64,000 nucleotides of DNA from NCBI GenBank assembly GCA_002633005.1, contig NMRA01000399.1, positions 326,089 through 390,088 on the forward strand, given 5' to 3'. The notes under the pieces are model-generated. The model saw only the letters and a list, made by a program, of their open reading frames with translations. It ran no database searches and was not told the DNA's origin. Position 1 is the stretch's first letter; every line of letters starts with the position of its first letter. Shown piece by piece: positions 53,825 through 64,000 of this stretch. Position numbers and translations under genes: made by a program. This DNA comes from Phoronis australis (Eukaryota > Animalia > Phoronida).

Positions 53825-56000
53825 AGGATTCATGAAAACATGTCGTGTGATTTTTCATTTGCAACCATGCTTTCACAATCTGCCTTGATTTTGCGGTCAG
53901 TATTTTGGTCGCTGACAACCATGGCCACTGTTTTTAAAAAGCATTTTCCAAGTGCCTGGTGTGACGTATGTAGTAGTAGTTATCTCCCGTGGATATATGT
54001 ACTAACCAATCAGGTTACGATAATAAATATAGTCCTACATATCAAACACTTGGTACGCGGTAGTTAGGAACCGCGTGTGTAGAAATTTTATTAGGATTGG
54101 GCTGATTTCATAGCGCGCGGAGAACTTGAAAACTCCTACCTATATTACAGTAGCAGTGGAGTGTTTTTGCGACGAATTTAATAGTTCCTTTACTTTAAAA
54201 CTTCGCCAGTTAAAGGTTAACACCTCTCGTCGGAAGCCAGCTGCCGTCTTTCAAAAAGGCGAAGAACGACGCATCTTTTTCAGAACGACTCTGGTAGGGC
54301 TCTGCAAGGGCAACATGTAATCAGCCAATTGTGCACATAACACATGACTAACACATGTAGGCCTATAGTGCTGTATGCAGTCTAACCGTTTACTAGAAAT
54401 GTGTATCTCTGGACGTTGTCTTGTTCGTGCGAGCCTTCTGTTGGGCCGTTTACGTCACTCTTCGTTGTTCCATGTTAAGTACATTCACGTTAAGGGAACA
54501 GTTATATACACGCAAAATGTCTCTCTGAGACATCCTGGTATCCACACTTTTCTGAAAGTTAACTTTTACAAGGGGTGCTTTCTCCTTAAAGTTTCTTACC
54601 ATGGTGAACTCGTTGTAACACAATGGTGAGTGTCGAATTTTTCGATTAATTAATCAGTTGGGTTGTGAAATAGAGCAAATTAACGCTTCTTTACACTGTA
54701 ATCGGAGCTCATGGGAATTAGTTGTGACTAAGTAAACCGTTTCTTGCTTGTTTTATTTTACTTTAAAGTTTGTTATACTTGACCCATCGCTGTAGGGCAC
54801 AACTTAAAAAAATTTAGTGAAAGCCCAAAAATTTTACTTGCTTATGTAAATAATAAGAAAATTTGCAAAAAAAACAACATTTTATCCCAAGCTCATTTTA
54901 CATTACGTGAATGGATTTTGAAATAGTTAAATTTAGTCACTGATGATGTCGTGAACTTTAAGAAACGTTTCACAACGTATCCATGGAGCCTCTACAATAT
55001 TGTCGTTACATGTGATACATTTAATTGTCCCTGTCGTTACATGTGATACATTTAATTGTCCCTGTTGTACGGATATGACTGACGATTCATGTCGTCAGCA
55101 TATATTTGAATATAGATCATAATAGTCAGCATATATTTGAATATAGATCATAATAACATCTTGTGCATATACATCCAGGCGTGCCACTGAACCATGCAGC
55201 ACCAAATCGGCAGTTACTCGATAAACGAATTTCATTAAAAAACAAAATGAAGGGTTCCAGCCCAAAATACCAGCCTTAACAATAGTGCTGCATGGGACTT
55301 TAAAATATTGTTTTAATCAAGAATGTAGAATTTGTTGGTTGTTGTGGCAACTACGTTAGGATACCTGTGCAACGCTGCTGCCGTATTCGTAAGTTTAATT
55401 ACCGACTTGCAAACACGCAGAGCTCACCGATCTCTAACAGCACACAAAATACGGCTTATTGGCCCAAACTAGGCCTACTTCGCAGTCGGACTCCGCACAG
55501 ACCCTGTTCACTGACTTTACGTCCGTGTACCGTGTTGGGTGGTCACTGAACCGTGTTGGATGGTCACTAAACCGTGTTGGATGGTCACTGAACCGTATTT
55601 GTGAGCGAGTGTTTTTGGGTGCGTAAGCCGTGTTTTGCGATGTAGTATCGCGTGCGGTGTGCAGTGTGTATATGTGTATGCGTGTTGGTGACCCGTATTT
55701 GTAAGTGGAGGAATTACTTTACAAATCCGTTCGGCAGCCGCGTTTTTCGGTATCCTGTTGATATTGTTGTGTATTGATTGCCAAATACATGGTACAACGT
55801 TTAAATAGGTCAAGATTTTACTATTTATAGAAAACTTTATGAAATGTGGTTATCAATTCAATAAAGGGAAGAATGATAAAACCTGCATTTCCGTCTATGT
55901 AAACTACAAAAAACATGTATCCAACTAAACAAGATTTCATTTGTTGCCATAAAAAAACGACCAGGACACTACAAGTCAATAAACGTTTCAGGTTATCACA

Positions 56001-56229
56001 AGGTTGACCAACCTTCCACAGCGGCAGATCATAGGGTTGGCCAGCCTTCCACAGCGGCAGATCATAGGGTTGGCCAGCCTTCCACATTGGCAGATCATAG
56101 GGTTGGCTAGCCTTCCACATTGGCAGATCATAGGGTTGGCCAGCCTTCCACACTTGCAGATCATATTGTTGGCCAGCCTTCCACACTTGCAGATCATAGG
56201 GTTGGCCAGCCTTCCACAGCGGCAGATCT
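56001..56229. repeat. 33-bp minisatellite x7
   Basis: agggttggccagccttccacagcggcagatcat. Confidence 0.95.
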
Positions 56230-56689
56230 AGTATTTTTAAGGGGAAACCACAATTGTTGAAAGAAAATGTCCGCATAAACCTTGAAATGTATGCGGGCGG
56301 CGCATATTGGTCGTAACATCAAAACATTTGGAACGCGTTTAAACATCTCTCAAACAACAAGCGTCACTAACTCTTCAGGCACGGTAAGTTACTGTAAAGT
56401 ATCTTCAAATTTGAGTACAATATAGCGGAACAGTAAAATATTATTACATCATAATAAACACAAGAGTAAACAAGAAGACGTTTATTTTATTATTTGAAAA
56501 CTTTATATATTACTGCTGTCATTAACAAACACACAAAGAGATTTTGAGTTTTTTCGGAAAATACAGTGAGCGTTTAAAATGAAAAATGAAAATTTAGTCT
56601 CTTAATTCGAATTTAAGAAACTTAACGTAATCGACGGCTGAGTATAATGTTTTCACCTCCAACAGCGGGTGCCACAGCGAGGGGGTGCC

Positions 56690-56690
56690 T

Positions 56691-56721
<31 letters not shown>

Positions 56722-57310
56722 TTGTAATATTTAAAATGAGGGTGGTCTCTTCAGTGTCAGCACTGCTTTCCAAGAGGACCCTCAAGAACAAAATATAAAA
56801 CAGTAAAATAATACAATAAAGTAGTAAAACAATAATTAAATACATGTAACAAAGAAACAATTAAAACAGGTTTATAATTTAGATAATAAATAAATGACGA
56901 AGGATGATAACAATTTGACAGAGAGATGAAAGTAAATAAATAGATGATACTAAATAGTGTGAGTATTTACCACAATGAAGAATGACGTAATTAAGACAGG
57001 TAAGGTGTAAGAATGGATAAGGAAATTACAGCCACTTTTTTGAATTAAGTTTGAAAGTATTAATTGAATCGGGCCGATTAATATTTGAACAAAGACAGTT
57101 GCATATTGCAGCAGCAGCTGAATAATGTTCTTATGTCTCAGGGTGAATACAACAGCAGTTTACAACAGAACAAGTTCAGCATCTTTTTAAATAGCATGAG
57201 AAAAGGTAGACTCCAAGTGCAGCTGTATGCGATGTGTTGTTTGTTCGTCCCCACTGTTCGTTTGGTGGCCTGTTTGTTGTAGAACTACTCACAACATAAG
57301 CATTAAAATT
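56690..57310 (-). mobile_element. LINE (L2-like) 3' end with a (TAAA)n tail
   Basis: (ttta)n at 56690-56722 next to the gagggtggtctcttcagtg...ccaagaggaccctc stem-loop and a degenerate ORF2 end. Confidence 0.55.
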
Positions 57311-59168
57311 AAATGTCTATAATGTCTGGTTGAAGTGGGTATAAAGTGGCGTTAACTTATTCTCGAGTTCCACTTTACTACAATCAATATCAATGGCTGC
57401 AAAATGGAATTTGAAAGAGTTCATGAAATTTGTATTCACTGCATTATTGTAGCGGTAGTGGACACGTGAAATTAAGAACGGAGTATGAAATAAAACAATG
57501 TCATTTTCAGTCTTTATTCTAGGCAAAATTGCTACCCAGCAACGCCCTTGGAAGACTTTGAAAATACAAGCAAGGCATTATGCACAACTCTTGACCCATA
57601 GTGACCTCCTGAGAGTCTAGTGATGGTGACTGAAAATTGCAATATGGCAGTTTTTTTGTCAGCAGGAAAAAACTACTAGTTACTTCGGAATTTCTGACAG
57701 GCAGACTCAAAATGGAACAATTTTTACTTTCTGCTATCTCAAATTAAGCAAAGATATAATCTCGGAAATTATAGACTTTTAGCCAAACCGGAAGAGACAT
57801 CACGTAGGTAGTGATGGACGTTAGTCTAGTTGCGAATGCATCCCTGTTAATGAAGTAGTATTTAAAAGCCGGAAGTTAACACAAAGAAATAATAGAAGCG
57901 GAAGTAACTTTTTAAAAACTTTTCTGTATCATACTTGTCAACATAATTTCTGTTATTGTGTTTTTAAAATGTATTGAACTTTTATTGCTGACAAATAAAT
58001 CCGAACGATCAGTCGATTAGAATTGTGATTGGCTGTATACATGAATAAAGCTTAGTTATTGACTGATACCCGCTGGTACTAATTATTTTGGGAAGCATTG
58101 AAAATTATAATTTTGTCTCCAAAAGTACTAGGCCCATGGATCTGTATTCCAAATACAATCCAACAAGCGCGCGGTTCGAGGAGGGACGAGGGGAACATTC
58201 CCGGTTCGAAAACATTTAACTGATGTCCATAAAGGGCAAGGTGATAAAGTTTGTCAATTATGGTCCGTGTGGTGAATGGTGACATTTATTTAGGAGAACT
58301 CGAAAGTCTTGCTGTCTTGAGTTTACACACCACAAACTTCATTAAAAGCTGAATATTACCGTTAGTGCCGGCCATCATTTTCACGTGCTCGAACAAATGG
58401 GAGATAATTTCTTAAGGACGTTCACTGAAATACTAATGATTATCATCATTTAGAGTGGTAATGATCCTCAGTCTTCTGTCAACGATGAAATCGCTGTCAG
58501 ACGGGCAACCGTCAAACGCGCCCCTTCGTCAGTTCGGACACCTTTATCAGAGCCTGTCACAACGGCGTTATTTTTACGTTTTGTGTTCATCATAACCTCC
58601 ATCAATGTAGCCTACCGTACGCCAAAATGTTGTCACCCAAGTTGACGGCTAGTAACATACTCCTAAACGGTCTAAAACGTCCACTTACACAACTAACTCT
58701 GATGAAAACGGGAGTGCCCTATCTATGAATGTTCGTAACTACACAAAATTGTTCAAACTAATAAAACACCTTGCTAATGAAAGTACGACAATTCAACAAG
58801 GGCACAGACTACCGAGACGAAACAACGAACATTTTTTTCGAACTGGCAAAATGATAACAGTTAGGCACATGGCAACGAAAGAATATTAATATATCTTATC
58901 CCTGACGTCTTTTGTACACTTTGTCTTATACAAATCGAACTCCGTTATTTAAATGACTTGACTTGAAACATCCAGTCAGTGTTAAAGTCCAGTAAATTCA
59001 CTCGCGCCATCTATTGGATTGACACTCAAAGCGCAAGCCTTCGCACTGATTCCGTGAGAACATCTGCCCATAGAAATCTGATGTATAGCACACAAACAAA
59101 AACACATTTGTTGTGCAAAGTTTCTTCCTTTGCAATTTTCACATTTACAATGAATTTCACATGAACAA

Positions 59169-59420
59169 TTTTGTTTTATGACGAACAGGCCTGCGTATAT
59201 TTTGTTTTATGACAAACAGGTCTGCGTATATTTTGTTTTATGACGAACAGGCCTGCGTATATTTTGTTTTATGACGAAAAGGCCTGCGTATATTTTGTTT
59301 TATGACAAGCAGGCCTGCGTATATTTTGTTTTATGACGAACAGGCCTGCGTATATTTTGTTTTATGACAAACAGGCCTGCGTATATTTTGTTTTATGACA
59401 AACAGGCCTGCGTATATTTT
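59169..59420. repeat. 31-bp minisatellite x8
   Basis: ttttgttttatgacgaacaggcctgcgtata. Confidence 0.95.
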
Positions 59421-62011
59421 ATCGATCTATTCCTCCTCCTCCACGCCCATCTCCCATAATCCGTCGTCCATCGTTCATCATCATCCATCATCACTTTCGT
59501 CTTCTTCTTTTCCTTCTTCTTCGCCATCTTCTTCATCCTCTTCACCACTACAACCACCACCACCACCACCAGTATCACCATCCCTATCATCCACGCACTG
59601 TTCTTCCATTCCTCTGACAAGCGTGAATCCTCTTGCCGCTTTCAACATTCAGTCGAAATTGAGAGATAGGGCTGCTCAATTATTAGGAATTATCGAAACG
59701 TAATCGATATTATGAATTGACACGACATTTTGCCGGCATACTTTCAAAAATCTGTGCGTGTACAAAAGTTCTCCTTATGCGTTTGCCACCTGGCGTATTC
59801 ACCCAACTGTGTGGTATATTCACCTAACTGAACAAATTCATGTTTCGTACACAAACGCGTGGTGGCTGTTTTTGCTGCGGCTGGTGTACCGCGGGACGGT
59901 CCTGTGTTTCCAAGAATAACAGCTGCGATGCCACCTTAAACTGTTAAGATGTAAATTCCTAACATACTCCATGTATGTTCCCAATACCGGCAAGAAAACC
60001 AATGGTATCGATATTTCCCAGAAACTCATGGCGTCAGACGACACCCGTTGTACCTGAATTGAGTCTAACTAATGGTGTTTGAACAATCTTGCTTATTTGT
60101 CAATGTTCTCAGTGTACCTGTGGATTATTTGTGGAATGATAAGGTTTTAGACAAAGACTTGTCTGGTTGAGAACACTGGCTCGTAACCGTGCTCAGTAGT
60201 GATTGAATGTGAGTTGCGTCGCGTGAGTTGCGCCGCATGAGTTGCACCGCGCAACTGCCTGTTCTAGTCCGTGGCCTTATGGACGAAACAATTCATTTTC
60301 TGGCAACAACTACAAGTGCAACGTTCTCTAATATAAAGCTAAATCATTTTCGGATATAAAATCGGTTGTTATGTTTCTTGTGCTTATGTCCTTCAATCGT
60401 TTTAGGATTATTATGATAAATGCTGTCAAAAGTAATAAAATACGCATTCCATGAATAAATTATGTAAAGCCAAAGAGTACGCATGTTCAAGGTTAAAAAT
60501 GGCGAACAAGGTATTTTACTCAAAACAGCGTGTTTCTTGGCAACACAAAGCTGTTATGTATGAATATAAAACCATAGCCTTATTCTCAGGATTTTAGGGT
60601 AAGTGGCAAATGTCCCTTTAAGTCAGGAATTTTCTAGTACTTGGTGAGTAGTTGGTGTTCTTTAGTCTCTACCAGAGCAAAAGCTGCCCGCTCACCGCTG
60701 GAGAGACTCTTGAATTAAGGAACGAAAGTTTCGGAAAGCAGAAATTCGATTTATAAGGAAGACGGAGACATTTTACCACCAGGTGTCAGGAAGAACCTGC
60801 GTACTTTAGAAAGTAAATGTTCCTAAAAATTATCATTGTTATGGAAATGTAATCCGACGACAGGAGAAACTGTCTTGGCGCAAGAAATTTATGAAACTTG
60901 ACTATTTAGGAATATCCGTTACAGCAGGGACTATTTTAATAAAAACCAAATGTTTCTAATTTCGTCACAAATTACTTTCGTTATACAATGTCGAGCTTTG
61001 ATATTTATTGGATGTAGTCGAATTACTCGCATGTTGTTAAAAAATAAATTCGAATTCTGCATTGATTATACACACTTCAAAAAGATATGTTATACTGAAA
61101 GAGCGTCATTTTTGGATAATGTTTTACCAAGCGCACTTACTTTAAAACTCATTTCATGACGTTTTTGAAGAGTGGGCAGAGCCTACAGTTTATCTTCGTT
61201 TGCAGACGACAGCACGTGCGTCAGACATGACGCATGTTATGACGGAGATTAACTTCCAAAGGGCAAATTAAGTTATTATCAAAAGCCACGTAAAGTGTAG
61301 AACGAAAGATTGGCCACTGGCATTTTTCACAAAACGCGATTTTTAGTGATTAGGGCCGTTACTGCTGGCATGCCACTCGTGAAACTGCATGTTCCGACGA
61401 CGTAAGACAAAAGACACGAAAAAAGGTTATTCGTTCTGGCAAGCTTGGAGTTGGCTGGGGGTAACGGAACAATTTTGGTGTTGCATCACGAAATGAATAT
61501 TAAGCCCAATGTGGTGACGTAAAAGCACTACGTGTATATAATCAGAACTCAGCGATTTTTAAATAGAGCGTGTTTACCTTGAATCTTGTGCAAGAAGCCA
61601 GTAGCGTAGATTATAAAGTGACATGCAAGTATGTGCTTGGTTGTGCAAAAATTAAACTGTAGAGATTTCTAACTTTCTACGTTTCTTCGTGGTTGAGCGG
61701 AAGTCGTACTCATTTTCGACGACAGAGAATAAACATGTGAAAATTGCGCCTCTGATTTCGAAGTTTTTGTATTTTCAACTTTTGTTTAATTTCATGAGCT
61801 GAGTTTTTTATTACACTAGGTACGCCGTCGCAGTGGGTGTATACAAGGAAAATTCGCAGATACGACCAGGGCGTACATTTGGGAAAAATTATACATGACT
61901 GAATTCTAAAACTTTCCCTAGTTGTGATGAAAGATTTAGAACACGAAATGAGTTAAGACATTGTTGTCGATCTTGTTTTCTATTATAGCTATAAGATTAC
62001 TGAGATTAATT

Positions 62012-63760
62012 GATTACTCTGCGCGTGCAAGCTCAGAGTACTGTTGTTTCTGGGTTTTCTTCAATTTTATTATTCTTATTACTCCGCGCGTGCAAGCGCT
62101 GGGTTTTCTTCAATTTTATTCTTCATATTCTTATTCTTATTCTTCTTATTCTTCTTCCGATCAAGTTTGACGCTTAATAACTCCAAATTGGGTGCAGGTA
62201 CGGTCTTTAAATTCAGCATATGATTTTTGACAGTATATAAATTTTAATTCGTTATATAATCATATTCCGTAATGCACCGGAAGAGGTCGTTTGGTGCAAA
62301 GGTCATAAAATTTTCAAAATGCTACTCCTTCTTCAGTTTTAAAGCTATCTTTTTCAAATTCGGTGCACAGGTATAAGTCAATAAGGCAATTTAAAAAATA
62401 CTTTTCTAAATAATCGGGTCATCCAATCAGGTGAAATAGGTGAAAGGTCATTAGGTGCAAACTCAAATTTTGAGCTAGACACTTCAAATAAACAGATCTG
62501 ATTGGCAAATGAAATTCAATTCGGAATCCAAAGTTTCAGGTCATTTAGTGCAAACATGGGGTCATTATGTGCATTTTACTTCTGAAAATTTGACCTTTTC
62601 ATTCACCAAGTGTTCTGATGTGTCAACCGTTAGACAACTGTGATTTTCAGCATTAAACACATTTTTCATGGGCTTTGCAACAATTCTCCTAAAAACGCTT
62701 ATAATTCTCCGGATAGGTTCAATTAGTGCAAAGGTCATGTAACGTTCAAAATGTTATATCTCTTACGTTTTACAAGGAATTCTGTTCAATTTCAGCACAC
62801 TGGGGTAAGTCAACATGCCAGTTGAACACCCTACTTTACTACGCAATAGGCCTAACCAATCAGAAAAAAATAGGTCAAAGGTCATTAGGTGCAAACTAAA
62901 ATTTTGAGCTAGACTCTTCAAATTCACAAGTCTGATTGGTACGTCTAATTCAATTTGAAATACGAAGTCTTAGGTCATTTAGTACAACAATGGGGTCATT
63001 AGGTGCATTTTTCTTCCTAAAATTTGTTCTTTTCATTCACCAATTAAGTATTCTGATGTGTCAACCGTTAGACAGCTGTGATTCTCAGCATCAAACACTT
63101 TTCACGTGCTTTGCAATGATTCTCCTGAAGACGCCGCTTATAATGCACCGGATAGGGTTAATTAGTGCAAAGATCATATAACGTTCAAAATATCATATCC
63201 CCTACATTTTTCAAGGAATTCTTTTCAAGTTCAGCACACTGGTGTAAGTCACCATGCCAATCGAACGTCTTACTTTACTATGCAATAGGCCTATCCAATC
63301 AGAAAATTAGGTCGAAGGTCATTGAGTGCAAGCTAAAATTTTGAGCTAGAGACTTCAAAACTACATATCTGTTTAGTAAATGTGATTTAGTCTGAATTCG
63401 AAATTGTCAGGTCATTTGGTGCACCCATGGGGTCATTAGGAGCATTTTTCTTCTGAAAGTTTGACCAATTCATTCATGTTTTATTCTAAAGTGCTTAAAG
63501 TAAAACATCTGTGATTCTTAGCATTAACCACACTTTTAATCGAGTTTACAATTATTCCCTCATCCGGGCTCATAATCCACCGAAAGAAGTCAATTAGTGG
63601 AAAGGTCATCAAAATATTAACATGTTATTTTCCCTACAATTTTAAAAAATTCCTTTTCATATTGGTAAACGGGTTGCTGTCAGTAACTTCCCACAACAAT
63701 TCCAGTAATACGCACGCGCAGAATCCATTGTTGTCAAGCCGTGACAATAATCTTTCTAGT
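62012..63760 (+). mobile_element. Non-autonomous Helentron/HINE-like element with ~436-bp internal tandem repeats
   Basis: Subterminal IR ctctgcgcgtgc ... gcacgcgcagaat; ttattc microsatellite near the 5' end; units recur at 62452, 62887, ~63322; 3' hairpin ttgtcaagccgtgacaa then ttctagtt. Confidence 0.65.
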
Positions 63761-63819
63761 TGTGTTCATAATTACTGGATGAATTTAAAATTAGATCTAA
63801 ACCTCTCAAAACGACATAA

Positions 63820-63828
63820 ATATATACA

Positions 63829-63861
<33 letters not shown>

Positions 63862-63867
63862 TTTTAT

Positions 63868-63953
<86 letters not shown>

Positions 63954-63963
63954 ATATACATAC
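63820..63963. repeat. Compound (TACA)n/(TA)n/(TATATG)n microsatellite
   Basis: Directly visible. Confidence 0.97.
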
Positions 63964-64000
63964 CAGCTTCAAAATATCCCAGTAAATAACCTGATTAAGA

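Noticed and set aside
55821-56276. 151-aa ORF with WKAGQPYDLP repeats (and a Cys-rich alternative frame)
   Set aside because: A by-product of the 33-bp minisatellite, open in several frames, with no splice or domain support.
58079-58285. Short - strand ORF in moderately complex sequence
   Set aside because: No recognisable motif or convincing splice context; possibly decayed transposon sequence.
59169-59420. Regular ~30-bp repeats (also 1-146 and 9155-9290) as CRISPR-like arrays
   Set aside because: Head-to-tail units with no unique spacers, in a eukaryotic context with no cas genes.

Overview
Animal (invertebrate, probably lophotrochozoan/annelid-like) genomic DNA with three + strand genes in repeat-rich introns and intergenic DNA. 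(1) The 3' ~29 kb of a clade-B (COL5/COL11-like) fibrillar collagen alpha-chain gene: 37 exons in the window, covering the end of the minor helix, the NC linker, the full major Gly-X-Y helix, a furin site and the COLFI C-propeptide; the 5' end lies upstream of the window. (2) A 4-exon cathepsin L-like protease (37549-42229). (3) A TRPV-like ankyrin/6TM channel encoded almost entirely by one exon (51801-53824). There are also LINE, SINE, MITE, Helentron-like and Kolobok-like relics, many minisatellites and a 512-N gap. Main observation: the collagen helix exons sum to 356 triplets, 18 more than the canonical 338. The excess is exactly one extra 108-nt exon (10504-10611 vs 10658-10765, separated by only 46 nt) plus one extra 54-nt exon (13303-13356 vs 13578-13631). 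This points to two pairs of mutually exclusive exons inside the main triple helix, giving up to four equal-length chains; one pair toggles a cross-link-like K-G-H motif. All exon calls were read by eye from GT-AG sites and the Gly-X-Y frame, without transcript data, and comparisons to vertebrate proteins are from memory.
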